DNA from: Candidatus Bipolaricaulota bacterium
GTDB taxonomy: Bacteria > Bipolaricaulota > Bipolaricaulia > RBG-16-55-9 > DRXL01
DNA length: 64,000 bases
Reading direction: 5' to 3'
Assembly: GCA_025060395.1 (NCBI GenBank)
Contig: JANXCC010000005.1
Coordinates: 7,745-71,744, forward strand
The notes below the pieces were generated by a model that saw only the letters and a list, made by a program, of their open reading frames with translations, was not told the origin of the DNA and made no database searches. The translations under genes and the position numbers were made by a program. Every line of letters begins with the position of its first letter. The stretch's first letter is position 1. This document shows positions 37,756 through 46,978 of the stretch, piece after piece.

Positions 37756-39453
37756 CTAACTTTGCTGCTTCACCTTCTCCCACTCGCCCTTAAGAGTCAC
37801 CGTGCGGTTGAAGACCAATCGCTCTGGAGTCGAGTCAGGATCCACACAAAAATACCCCTTGCGCTCAAACTGGAAGCGATCCCCGATTTTGGCTTCTGCT
37901 AGGCTAGGCTCGAGCTTACAGTGATGTAACACAATAAGCGAGTTGGGGTTGAGGTTCTCCTTCCAGTCGTGTCCCTCGGGCACATCTAACGGATCAGGCT
38001 TAGTGAAGAGTTTGTCATATAGACGCACTTCGGCGTCAATGGCGTGCTGTGCCGAGACCCAATGGATCGTCGCTTTGACTTTACGCCCGTCAGGGGCTTC
38101 GCCGCCGCGCGTTGTGGGATCATACGTACAGCGCAGCTCGATCACGTTTCCCTGCGCGTCTTTGATCACTTCTTCGCATTTAATAAAGTACGCATAGCGC
38201 AAGCGCACCTCGCGCCCAGGAGCCAAGCGATAGAAGTCTTTGGGCGGGTTTTCCATGAAGTCATCACGCTCAATGTAGATGACTTTGGAAAACGGGACCT
38301 TGCGCGTGCCGGCGCTGGGATCTTCAGGGTTATTGATCGCATCGAGCCACTCGACTTGACCGTCGGGATAGTTCGTGATGACGACTTTTAATGGGTCGAG
38401 CACGGCCAGTCGGCGCGGCGCGCGCTTATTCAAGTCTTGTCGAACGCAATGCTCTAACAGCTCAAACTCCGTGATGCTCTCGCGCTTGGAGACTCCAACC
38501 CGACGGACAAATTCGTGAATAGCCTCGGGGGTGTAGCCGCGCCGACGCATCCCAGCCAGCGTTGGCATTCGGGGGTCGTCCCAGCCACGTACATGGCCCT
38601 CCTGCACCAACTGCAAGAGATAGCGCTTGCTCATCACGGTGTACGTGAGATTGAGTCGAGCAAACTCGATCTGCCGCGGATGATGAATCCCTAACTGATC
38701 CAAGAACCAATCGTACAAGGGCCGATGGTCCTCAAACTCCAGGGTGCAGATCGAGTGCGTGATCCCTTCGATAGAATCAGACTGTCCGTGAGCCCAGTCA
38801 TACGTCGGGTAGATGCACCATTTCGTGCCGGTGCGGTAGTGCGGGATGCGCATGATGCGGTACATGACGGGGTCGCGCATATTTAAGTTTGGATGGGCCA
38901 TGTCGATCTTAGCTCGCAGCGTCCGAGAGCCGTCTGGGAACTCGCCGGCGCGCATTCTCCTGAAGAGATCGAGATTCTCTTCGACCGAGCGATTGCGATA
39001 AGGGCTCTCTTTCCCTGGGGGAGTGATGACCTTTCCATCTTGGATGATCGCTTTACCCCGGTATTCGCTGATCTCTTCTGGGGAGAGATCGCAGACGTAA
39101 GCTTTACCCTTCTTGATCAGTTCTTCGGCCCACTGATAGAGCTGCTCGTAGTAATCCGAAGCGTAGAATTCTCGGTCTTCCCAGTCCACGCCAAGCCATT
39201 GGAGATCGCGCTTGATCGCGTCCACGTACTCTTGGGATTCTTTTTCTGGGTTGGTGTCATCGAAGCGCAGGTTGAATTTCCCCCCGTATTCCTTGGCGAT
39301 CCAGTAGTTGAGCAAAGCGCTTTTGGCGTGGCCGATGTGAAGATATCCATTGGGTTCTGGGGGGAAGCGCGTATGGACGCGTCCCCCGAATCTGCCCGAT
39401 TTGATATCGTTCTCGATGATCTCGCGGATGAAGTCTTTCGGTGCTTCGCTCAT
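37756..39453 (-). CDS. glnS: glutaminyl-tRNA synthetase
   Basis: [18 protein letters not shown] (HIGH) and VMSKR (KMSKS). The length and the C-terminal anticodon-binding barrels fit GlnRS. Confidence 0.95.
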   Translation of the reverse strand: MSEAPKDFIREIIENDIKSGRFGGRVHTRFPPEPNGYLHIGHAKSALLNYWIAKEYGGKFNLRFDDTNPEKESQEYVDAIKRDLQWLGVDWEDREFYASDYYEQLYQWAEELIKKGKAYVCDLSPEEISEYRGKAIIQDGKVITPPGKESPYRNRSVEENLDLFRRMRAGEFPDGSRTLRAKIDMAHPNLNMRDPVMYRIMRIPHYRTGTKWCIYPTYDWAHGQSDSIEGITHSICTLEFEDHRPLYDWFLDQLGIHHPRQIEFARLNLTYTVMSKRYLLQLVQEGHVRGWDDPRMPTLAGMRRRGYTPEAIHEFVRRVGVSKRESITEFELLEHCVRQDLNKRAPRRLAVLDPLKVVITNYPDGQVEWLDAINNPEDPSAGTRKVPFSKVIYIERDDFMENPPKDFYRLAPGREVRLRYAYFIKCEEVIKDAQGNVIELRCTYDPTTRGGEAPDGRKVKATIHWVSAQHAIDAEVRLYDKLFTKPDPLDVPEGHDWKENLNPNSLIVLHHCKLEPSLAEAKIGDRFQFERKGYFCVDPDSTPERLVFNRTVTLKGEWEKVKQQS

Positions 39454-39493
39454 CTTCTCCTCTGCTCAGGTGCGTTATGAAGGTCAGATTGGG

Positions 39494-39522
39494 ATTGTAG
39501 CTGGAAACGCACACCCGTGCAA
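39494..39522 (-). promoter_or_regulatory. candidate glnS promoter (TTGCAC-17-TACAAT)
   Basis: On the minus strand, the -35 lies at 39522-39517 and the -10 at 39499-39494, between the pentapeptide gene stop (39534) and the glnS start (39453). Confidence 0.5.
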
Positions 39523-39533
39523 GCTATACGAGA

Positions 39534-40781
39534 TTATCGTTTGAATCTCCGTTGCAAGGCAAGACCAAAGAGCGCAATTTGAATGACTCCCAAGATAGAA
39601 GCAATCAGCTCGACTGCTTGCCCCCAAATGCTGTGAAAAACGATCTTTGGTTCATGGAAGAGCGTCATGGACTGGGCGCTGTAGATAAGGCTTCTGGCGA
39701 AGCTCGGGGGATCGCTTGTTGTGGGATCGGAGTATCCGATGAGGGTGAAGAGCAGGGCGAACGTGAGCCACATGGCGATCAGCACGATGAGGGCGCGCCC
39801 GTAGCTCTCGCCGTAGTCGCTCATCCAGCGATAGAGTAAGAAGGGGATCTGTTTTGGCCAGCTCTGCTGGCGGCGTTTCATCTCCATCTCGCCGTAGTAG
39901 AAATCGCCGGCGCGGGCGTAGTCGCGTTGGCTCTCGTAGTTCTGCTTGAGGTGCCGATATAGCTGCTCGACCTTGGCTAGGTCTTCTTTTTTGTTAGTGA
40001 CATTGAGCTCGTCGAAGAGAGCTGGCCGGTGCCCAAGAAACTTCCGAGCTTGGGCCCAAGTCACATCGTGAAAGTCAATCCGGTGCAAGTCTGTATCGAG
40101 AAAGCTCCAGCGGCTGAGGTCAACGTGATGGAACCGAACTTGCTGTGGTTGCAAGCATTTTACGTTTGTGAAGGAAACAATGGCTCTTTTATGCGTTTGA
40201 GCGCAAGAGAAATCTACAAACTTTGAGAAAGTAGCTTCCATGAAGCTAGTATCTTTAAAACTAGCTTCCGCAAAGCTAGCTCCCCCATAGAACATAGTGT
40301 TATAAAAGTTAGCGTTTCGATAGAACGTAGCTCTTGTGAAGTAAGTCTCTTCAAAGAATATGGCTTCCTCGAATCTAGCTTCCTTAGAGAACTTAGTTTC
40401 CGCGAAGTCAGCCTTTTTAGAGAATATAGCTTTCCCGAAGTTAGCCTTTCCATAGAAACTAAATTCCGTAAAGTTAGCCTCTCCAAAGAACGTGCTTCTA
40501 TAAAAACAGCAATCAAACTTCACTAGTGCATCTATTAGATTAAAGCAATCATAATTAGGAGGAAAGTAGCATCCCGAAAAATCACAAGTATTTTGATTAT
40601 TCGGGGCCTCTTGGATAATCTCTTCTATCGCTTTCTGAAATTTGTTCATGGGTTTGCCGTCCCACGGCGCATGCAGGATACAATACCCTTGTGATTCAGG
40701 GTTAGGAAGCGCCGGACGTTGGCATCTCTGACCGTCTACAAAGCTTCGAAATGCACACTGCGCTGGCTTCATGGAGCTCAT
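39534..40781 (-). CDS. pentapeptide-repeat protein with N-terminal Cys-rich motif and C-terminal two-TM channel-like module
   Basis: N-terminal C-x9-C-x15-C-x2-H. About 19 pentapeptide units follow (ANFTEFSFYGKANFGKAIFSKKADFAETKFSKEARFEEAIF...). The C-terminus has two TM helices flanking a re-entrant-like segment (SLIYSAQSMTLFHEP). I chose the ATG at 40781; the track ORF extends to 40871. Confidence 0.8.
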   Translation of the reverse strand: MSSMKPAQCAFRSFVDGQRCQRPALPNPESQGYCILHAPWDGKPMNKFQKAIEEIIQEAPNNQNTCDFSGCYFPPNYDCFNLIDALVKFDCCFYRSTFFGEANFTEFSFYGKANFGKAIFSKKADFAETKFSKEARFEEAIFFEETYFTRATFYRNANFYNTMFYGGASFAEASFKDTSFMEATFSKFVDFSCAQTHKRAIVSFTNVKCLQPQQVRFHHVDLSRWSFLDTDLHRIDFHDVTWAQARKFLGHRPALFDELNVTNKKEDLAKVEQLYRHLKQNYESQRDYARAGDFYYGEMEMKRRQQSWPKQIPFLLYRWMSDYGESYGRALIVLIAMWLTFALLFTLIGYSDPTTSDPPSFARSLIYSAQSMTLFHEPKIVFHSIWGQAVELIASILGVIQIALFGLALQRRFKR

Positions 40782-40810
40782 TATACTTGCCGACGGCAGA
40801 CTTGGAAAAG

Positions 40811-40839
40811 TTGACAATCGCTCTTGCACTTGACACAAT
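40811..40839 (+). promoter_or_regulatory. candidate promoter of the divergent coiled-coil gene (TTGACA-17-CACAAT)
   Basis: TTGACA at 40811-40816 and CACAAT at 40834-40839. GAGGTGA at 40849-40855 lies 6 nt before the ATG at 40862. Confidence 0.45.
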
Positions 40840-40861
40840 AGCCTATACGAGGTGACAACTG

Positions 40862-41107
40862 ATGCCCACAACTTCAGAATGCAAGGTGCTCTCTGCTTCT
40901 AACGAGTTTCTCGATAGGCTCGTCAAGGAGTTTGAAGAGGAATGCCGAGAAACTCTCCGCTTGCTCGAACAACTTAAGAAGACGAAGCCTACTAGCAAGC
41001 TCCACCAAGAGCTTGAAGGCTCATTCTATGGGCGTCTCATATCCCTCCAACATGACCTTGCTGCTCTTATTCAGGAGTGGGATCGAACTGAGCTTGGAGC
41101 AAAGTGA
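40862..41107 (+). CDS. hypothetical coiled-coil protein; the frame continues past an in-frame TGA to 41326
   Basis: 81-aa track ORF with a good SD. In my own translation, the same frame after TGA 41105-41107 stays open for 72 more codons (GSLWAANVKHRRRKELKKRIAGLQEIIQEHQEKLAEEQAEPHPNSRLIAYWEKEIRIRQKELERLQKRLLRS*). That stretch has no internal start before a TTG about 50 codons from its end. Confidence 0.5.
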   Translation: MPTTSECKVLSASNEFLDRLVKEFEEECRETLRLLEQLKKTKPTSKLHQELEGSFYGRLISLQHDLAALIQEWDRTELGAK

Positions 41108-41314
41108 GGATCACTTTGGGCGGCAAACGTAAAACACCGACGCCGCAAGGAGCTCAAAAAACGGATTGCGGGCTTGCAAGAGATTATTCAAGAACACCAG
41201 GAGAAGCTTGCAGAGGAGCAGGCCGAGCCTCATCCCAACTCAAGGCTTATTGCGTACTGGGAGAAAGAGATTCGCATTCGCCAAAAAGAACTTGAACGTT
41301 TACAAAAACGTCTG

Positions 41315-42745
41315 TTACGAAGCTAAAGCCCCCGCCCGCCGCAGCCGCGCGATCACTCGGTCTTTACCCATCAGCTCCATCGTCTCGAACAGCCCTGCCC
41401 CAGTCGTGCGCCCCGTCAGCGCCACCCGACACGGCTGCGCAAGATCCTTGAGCGCCTTGCCCTGAGACTCTAAATACGCTCGCGTAGCTCTCTCAAGCTC
41501 TGACGCCACGAATCGCTCTACCGACGCGAGCGCTTCGGCCAGCCCCCGCAGCAGTTCCGTCTTGTCAGGCGTGAGAAACTTCTGCACAGCCTCCGGGTCG
41601 TAAGTGAAATGATCCGTGAGCAGATAGCGCGCTGGCTCGGCTAACTCCGAAAGCGTCTTGGCCCGCTCGCGAAAGAGCACGACCATTTGGGTTAGCTTCT
41701 CACTTGGTACAGCTTGGGCTTCAGATTCGCTCAGAATATTGAGCTTCACCAAGAATGAGCGCAAAAGCTCCCCAAGACGCTTCGGATCGCTTGTCTTGAG
41801 ATAGTGCTGATTGACCCAAAACAATTTCTCTTCGTCGAAGATCGCTGCCGAAGGATGTACGGCGTCTAACGAGAAATTTTCGATCAGCTCCTCTCTCGTA
41901 AAGATCTCTTGATCGCCGTGAGACCATCCCAGCCGCGCCAAATAATTCACCAGCGCTTCTGGGAGAATCCCACGGTCGCGAAACTCAAAGACCGCCGTCG
42001 CTCCGTGACGCTTAGAAAGCTTGCTTCTGTCTTTGGCTAGGACCATGGGGACATGGGCAAAGATTGGCAGAGGATGCCCAAACGCTTGATAGAGCAAGAT
42101 CTGTTTGGGCGTGTTGTTGAGGTGCTCATCGGCGCGAATGACATGGGTGATGCCCATCGTGATGTCGTCCACGACGACGGCGAAATTATACGTCGGCCGG
42201 CCATCCGAGCGCAGGATGATGAAATCGTCGAGCTCCGAGAAATCGAACTCGACCCGACCGCGGATCGCGTCTTCGACGACGATTGTGCCCGAGTCGGGGA
42301 TCTTGAGGCGCACCGCGGGTTTGCGCCCTGCCTGGAGAAACTCTTGCTCTTCTTGAGGGGTCAGATTGCGGCAGCGCCCGTCGTATTTAGGCTTCAACTT
42401 GGCCGCGAGCGCAGCTTGGCGCTTAGCTTCCAGCTCTTCGGGAGTGCAGTAACATTTGTAGGCCTTCTTCTCGTGGAGGAGCTTAGCGGCCCACTCGCGA
42501 TAGAGCGCGAAGCGCTGGCTTTGAAAGTACGGCCCCTCATCCCAGAGCAACCCGAGCCATCGAAGGCTCTCTAAAATCGGCTCGATCAACTCCGGACGGT
42601 TGCGCTCGATATCGGTGTCTTCGAATCTGAGAATAAAGACGCCCTTATGTTTGCGAGCAAAGAGCCAGTTAAAGAGCGCAGTACGCGCCCCGCCAACGTG
42701 CAGTTCCCCCGTAGGACTAGGAGCAAAGCGAACGCGCACAGTCAT
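41315..42745 (-). CDS. gltX: glutamyl-tRNA synthetase
   Basis: RFAPSPTGELHVGGARTAL (HIGH-type) and KLSKRHG (KMSKS). Confidence 0.95.
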   Translation of the reverse strand: MTVRVRFAPSPTGELHVGGARTALFNWLFARKHKGVFILRFEDTDIERNRPELIEPILESLRWLGLLWDEGPYFQSQRFALYREWAAKLLHEKKAYKCYCTPEELEAKRQAALAAKLKPKYDGRCRNLTPQEEQEFLQAGRKPAVRLKIPDSGTIVVEDAIRGRVEFDFSELDDFIILRSDGRPTYNFAVVVDDITMGITHVIRADEHLNNTPKQILLYQAFGHPLPIFAHVPMVLAKDRSKLSKRHGATAVFEFRDRGILPEALVNYLARLGWSHGDQEIFTREELIENFSLDAVHPSAAIFDEEKLFWVNQHYLKTSDPKRLGELLRSFLVKLNILSESEAQAVPSEKLTQMVVLFRERAKTLSELAEPARYLLTDHFTYDPEAVQKFLTPDKTELLRGLAEALASVERFVASELERATRAYLESQGKALKDLAQPCRVALTGRTTGAGLFETMELMGKDRVIARLRRAGALAS

Positions 42746-42748
42746 AGT

Positions 42749-43630
42749 CTACTCATAGATGGGAGTACCTGTCTGGGGGATGCCCGTGATTGTCCGGAAT
42801 CTCTCCATTAATCTCTGAGTGATCGGGCCGGGCTTGCCTGTGCCAATCGCTCGTCTATCGATCTCGATGATGGGCGCGATCTCCGCTGCTGTCCCCGTGA
42901 TAAAACACTCGTCGGCAGCGTAGAGCGCCGAAACCCCGAAGAACTCTTCGCGCACGGGGATCTTCTCTTTGAGAGCTAGCTCGATCACGGTCTCGCGGGT
43001 AATGCCCGGCAGATTGGTCACCGTTGGAGGCACGAAGATAGTCCCCTTCTTAACAATGAAGACGTTATCGGCAGTTCCTTCGGCGACGAAGCCGTTGTTG
43101 TCAAGCATAATTGCTTCGTCTACGCCGGCGAAGTTCGCCTCGATCTTGGCAAGGATGTTCGAGAGATAGTTGAGAGATTTGATGCTCTGCGGGAGGCTAT
43201 CAGGAGAGCGCGCCCGGGTATGAGCGACAATCGCTCTGAGCCCTTGCTGGCTCTTCTCCTCCCCGTAGAGCGATTTCCATTCTTTCACAATAACAATTAC
43301 AGAGGGTTTGCCGTGGCAGCGGCGCGGATCGATCCCTAAATCCCCCACCCCACGCGTCACAATTGGACGAATATACGCATCGCGCATCTTGTTCACCCGG
43401 AGCGTCTCCAGGATCACCTGGATCATCTGCTCTGGGGAGAGAGGGATTTCCAGGGCAATCGCCTTAGCGCTGTTGTATAAGCGCTCTATATGTCGGTCCA
43501 GCTTGAAGACATAGCCATTATACGCCCGGATGCCCTCAAAGACCCCATCGCCGTAGAGTAGCCCGTGATCGAAGACGCTAATCTTCGCCTCCTCTTCGGG
43601 GACAAAGCGCCCATCGATATAGACCTTCAT
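42749..43630 (-). CDS. ilvE: branched-chain amino acid aminotransferase (fold type IV)
   Basis: [37 protein letters not shown], with AAGGAGG upstream of the ATG at 43630. The track ORF extends to 43684. Confidence 0.9.
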   Translation of the reverse strand: MKVYIDGRFVPEEEAKISVFDHGLLYGDGVFEGIRAYNGYVFKLDRHIERLYNSAKAIALEIPLSPEQMIQVILETLRVNKMRDAYIRPIVTRGVGDLGIDPRRCHGKPSVIVIVKEWKSLYGEEKSQQGLRAIVAHTRARSPDSLPQSIKSLNYLSNILAKIEANFAGVDEAIMLDNNGFVAEGTADNVFIVKKGTIFVPPTVTNLPGITRETVIELALKEKIPVREEFFGVSALYAADECFITGTAAEIAPIIEIDRRAIGTGKPGPITQRLMERFRTITGIPQTGTPIYE

Positions 43631-43792
43631 CACTCGCCTCCTTTGTCCGCATTTCACTCTAAAGCACAGGGGGGAAAAAATCAACTTGGCGGGTGTCTGA
43701 AATTTTCTGTATGATGCTGGGGATCACGGATACTCAGAAACGGCTTTCTCTCCCGTGGTTCACAGACGAATTCTAAGAGGGAGGTACACACT

Positions 43793-44701
43793 ATGCACCA
43801 TAAAGACTTGATCTCGTTTGAGCTCTACTCTGCCGAGGATCTCTGGGAGCTTTTGGAGACGGCGCTTCAACTCAAGCGCGAGCACCGCGCTGGGATCTCT
43901 CACACGATGCTCGCGGGCAAAACGCTCGCTATGATCTTTCAAAAGCCGTCTCTCCGGACGCGGGTCTCGTTTGAGGTGGGCATGACTCAGCTGGGCGGCC
44001 ATGCTATCTATCTAGGCCCCGATGATATTAAGCTCGGCCAGCGCGAGTCGACCGAAGACATTGCCAAAGTCTTATCGCGCTACTGCGATGGGATCATGGC
44101 GCGGGTCTTCGGACATGAGATCGTCGAAGAATTGGCGAGATACGCTGACGTGCCGGTCATCAATGGGCTATCAGATCTGCTCCATCCGTGTCAGATTTTG
44201 GGCGACTTATTGACGGTCTACGAGAAGAAGCGCAGAATTGAGGGGTTAAAGCTCGCTTGGATCGGCGATGGGAATAACGTCTGTAACTCGTGGCTGGAGG
44301 CAGGACCAAAGCTCGGCATGGAGATCGTCGTCGCGTGCCCCGCGGGCTTTGAGCCGAACGCGAAGATTCTCGAACAAGCGCAGCGCTTGGGCACAGTCGA
44401 GATCGTGCACGATCCCAAAGTCGCAGCTAAGAACGCAGATATTCTCTATACAGACGTGTGGACGAGCATGGGCCAAGAGCGCGAAGCCGAAGAGCGCCGC
44501 AAGCGATTCAAAGGCTTTCAGATCAATCAAGAGCTCTTACAGCTTGCTAAGCCCGATGCGATTGTCATGCACTGTCTGCCGGCACACTATGGCGAAGAGA
44601 TTACTCACGATGTCGCACACGGGCCGCAGAGCGCGATCTTCGATGAAGCCGAAAACCGACTCCATGCTCAAAAAGCTGTGTTGGCGTTGTTGCTGCGATG
44701 A
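43793..44701 (+). CDS. argF: ornithine carbamoyltransferase
   Basis: SLRTRVSFE, HPCQILGDL, DVWTSMGQE and VMHCLPA motifs. Confidence 0.9.
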   Translation: MHHKDLISFELYSAEDLWELLETALQLKREHRAGISHTMLAGKTLAMIFQKPSLRTRVSFEVGMTQLGGHAIYLGPDDIKLGQRESTEDIAKVLSRYCDGIMARVFGHEIVEELARYADVPVINGLSDLLHPCQILGDLLTVYEKKRRIEGLKLAWIGDGNNVCNSWLEAGPKLGMEIVVACPAGFEPNAKILEQAQRLGTVEIVHDPKVAAKNADILYTDVWTSMGQEREAEERRKRFKGFQINQELLQLAKPDAIVMHCLPAHYGEEITHDVAHGPQSAIFDEAENRLHAQKAVLALLLR

Positions 44702-45231
44702 GGATCGCGATCACGGGCGCGCCGGGCTCAGGCAAGAGCACCCTCTGCAAGCGCCTTATTGAAGCTTTAGCCTCTGTCAAGATCGGCGGTATCCTCACTC
44801 AAGATATCCGCGAGGGCCGCGAGCGCGTCGGCTTTAAGATTTTAGATCTCTTGACGGGGCAGCGCGGCGTGCTCGCCCATCGCTCCCTCACAAGTGGCCC
44901 GCGCGTAGGACGCTATCGCGTGAATCTTACAGATATCGAGCGCATCGCTGTGCCAGCTCTGGAGCGCGCTCTCTGCGAAGCCCAGCTCATCGTCATTGAT
45001 GAGATCGCGCCGATGGAGTTGCATAGCCCGCGCTTTATTGAAGCCGTCACGCGCGTGCTTGCCAGCTCAAAGGACCTACTTGTGACGTTCAAGGAGCGTT
45101 TTGAGCACCCGCTGATCGCGCGAATACGGACAGAGTTTTCTGTCTTCACTATCACGCCGAGCACGCGCGACGGACTCTTTCACACGATTTTTACCATGAT
45201 ACAGTCAAGCAGGCCACTTGGCAAGCTGTGA
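44698..45231 (+). CDS. THEP1/MJ1559-type nucleoside-triphosphatase (NTPase_1 family)
   Basis: MRIAITGAPGSGKSTL P-loop, GF.ILDL, and Walker B LIVIDEIAPME. The ATGA overlaps the argF stop. Confidence 0.8.
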   Translation: MRIAITGAPGSGKSTLCKRLIEALASVKIGGILTQDIREGRERVGFKILDLLTGQRGVLAHRSLTSGPRVGRYRVNLTDIERIAVPALERALCEAQLIVIDEIAPMELHSPRFIEAVTRVLASSKDLLVTFKERFEHPLIARIRTEFSVFTITPSTRDGLFHTIFTMIQSSRPLGKL

Positions 45232-45268
45232 CTCCCCTGTTAGGATGAGGCATCAGGGGTGTTGTACC

Positions 45269-46654
45269 ATGAAGGCTCTCACAAGACTCAGTCTTCTAGT
45301 GCTCATCGGCTTGGTGGGTCTCTCCCTTGGAAGCGGTGCAGGGGTACAGTTAGGGATCACGCATGGGGTCGCGTCGGGCGACGTTACTCCTACCAGTGCG
45401 CTTGTCTGGGCGCGCGGGAGCGAAGTTGCTGGTTCAGCTCTTGTCGTCGAGTACAGCACCGACGAAGATTTCAGCGATGCTCAACGAGCTGAGCCGGTTG
45501 CCCTTACAGCAGAGCGAGACTTCACCGGCAGGGTCATGCTCACGGGGCTCAAGCCCGCGACGCGCTATTACTATCGCGTTCGGCAAATCCTAGGAGCCCA
45601 GCAGAGCGCACCCGTGGTAGGAACATTCGTCACAGCTCCAGAAGTCAATGCCGTATCTGAGGTGAAGTTCGCCTGGAGCGCCGATCTAGGAGGCCAAGGC
45701 CAATGCCGCCGCCCGGAGTATTTCATCTTCAACCACTTAGCTCAAGCTCAGCCCGACTTCTTTCTCTTTCTTGGAGATACGGTCTATAACGACGAGCGTT
45801 GCCCCAGCCCGCCTAATCTCCCCGGCAGCGACTTCATCGCTCACACGCTCGAAGAGTATCGCGCCAAGCAGAAGTATCAGTTCGCCGACAAGCCCTATCA
45901 AAGGGCGCGTGCCGCGACGAGTCTCTATGTCATCTGGGACGACCACGAGGTGATCAATAACTTCTCAGGCACGACGGTAGATCCGAAGCGATTAGCCATC
46001 GGCCTCCAAGTGCTCTTTGAGTACTTTCCTATCACCGTGAACCCCCAAGACCCAAAGAGACTCTATCGAGCGTTTCGCTGGGGCAAACATGCCGAGTTCT
46101 TCATCCTCGACACACGCCAATACCGTAGCGACAACAAGCTCCCTGACGGCCCAAATAAAACGATGCTCGGCGCAGAGCAGCTTGCCTGGCTGAGAGAGAG
46201 ACTCAAAAACTCGGATGCGACCTGGAAGTTCATCGTCTCGACGGTAAAGCTCTCGTTCCCGTCGGACTGTCCGGAGGCATGCGATAGCTGGGCCAACGGG
46301 GAGAGCGCGACTGGCTTTGAGCGCGAGTTAAGAGAGATCTCCGATTTTATTCTTCAGAACAAGATCAAATCCGTTGTCTGGCTCACGGGAGATGAGCATA
46401 TAGTGGATGTTATCCAGTACGATCCGAACCGGGATCGAGCAGTAGATTTTTATGAGTTTACGGCAGGGCCGTTGAGCGCGCTGACGTCGTATATGGGGCA
46501 GTTGGACGAGACGCTCAATCCCATGCGCCTCTATGGGAGCAACCAGTACTGGAATTTCGGGCAGATCGCGATCTTCGAGGATGGGCGCCTCATCTTGGAG
46601 TACGTGGACACGGGGGGCGAGGTGCAGTTCCGGCGGGAGTTTCGACCATTCTAA
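45269..46654 (+). CDS. PhoD-like alkaline phosphatase/phosphodiesterase
   Basis: Signal peptide (MKALTRLSLLVLIGLVGLSLG) and the N-terminal PhoD_N pattern (GVASGDVTPTSALVWAR...YYYRV). Metallophosphatase motifs FLFLGDTVYND and VIWDDHEVINNF. Confidence 0.85.
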   Translation: MKALTRLSLLVLIGLVGLSLGSGAGVQLGITHGVASGDVTPTSALVWARGSEVAGSALVVEYSTDEDFSDAQRAEPVALTAERDFTGRVMLTGLKPATRYYYRVRQILGAQQSAPVVGTFVTAPEVNAVSEVKFAWSADLGGQGQCRRPEYFIFNHLAQAQPDFFLFLGDTVYNDERCPSPPNLPGSDFIAHTLEEYRAKQKYQFADKPYQRARAATSLYVIWDDHEVINNFSGTTVDPKRLAIGLQVLFEYFPITVNPQDPKRLYRAFRWGKHAEFFILDTRQYRSDNKLPDGPNKTMLGAEQLAWLRERLKNSDATWKFIVSTVKLSFPSDCPEACDSWANGESATGFERELREISDFILQNKIKSVVWLTGDEHIVDVIQYDPNRDRAVDFYEFTAGPLSALTSYMGQLDETLNPMRLYGSNQYWNFGQIAIFEDGRLILEYVDTGGEVQFRREFRPF

Positions 46655-46687
46655 AAGAAGAATCACAGATGATTTTCGCTGAAACCC

Positions 46688-46716
46688 TTGACAATGCATA
46701 TAATTGCTTATAAAAT
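46688..46716 (+). promoter_or_regulatory. candidate strong promoter (TTGACA-17-TAAAAT)
   Basis: TTGACA at 46688-46693 and TAAAAT at 46711-46716. It lies 36 nt upstream of the small-ORF ATG, which is preceded by AAAGGAGGTG. Confidence 0.55.
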
Positions 46717-46751
46717 ACGGTCATCAACAACATCCAAAGGAGGTGCCTACT

Positions 46752-46895
46752 ATGAAGTGGGGTGAGTACAATGAGCAGGTAACGGAGCGGATTATTGGTT
46801 GGGTCAAGGAGAAGATTGGGGCTAAGGTTCTGTACATTCTCGCAATCATTAGTGCCTTCGTGCTCATGAGCGCTGCTCCCTCTAAGTGGGGATAA
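46752..46895 (+). CDS. small (47 aa) single-TM protein, hypothetical
   Basis: MKWGEYNEQVTERIIGWVKEKIGAKVLYILAIISAFVLMSAAPSKWG. It has a strong SD, its own promoter and its own terminator. Confidence 0.5.
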   Translation: MKWGEYNEQVTERIIGWVKEKIGAKVLYILAIISAFVLMSAAPSKWG

Positions 46896-46925
46896 ACTCG
46901 CTTACTCTTTCGATTGACTAACGAC

Positions 46926-46960
46926 AGGAGAGTCCAGATTGGACTCTCCTTTCTTATTTT
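46926..46960 (+). terminator. Rho-independent terminator
   Basis: AGGAGAGTCC-AGATT-GGACTCTCCT (10-bp stem) followed by TTCTTATTTT. Confidence 0.75.
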
Positions 46961-46978
46961 CATATAATGCTTGCCATC

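Noticed and set aside
40200-40520. A 15-nt DNA periodicity that could suggest a tandem repeat or CRISPR-like array.
   Set aside because: The periodicity is the coding image of about 19 pentapeptide (A-[DN]-F-x-x) units within one continuous ORF. There are no identical repeats separated by unique spacers.
41105-41107. Selenocysteine (or a reassigned genetic code) as the explanation for the in-frame TGAs at 41105-41107 and 63097-63095.
   Set aside because: No convincing SECIS-type hairpin follows either codon; there is only a weak 5-bp stem with a 17-nt loop after 41107. No sel genes are in view. TGA terminates many well-conserved genes in this window. The second TGA aligns with Trp, not Cys or Sec, in the paralogues.
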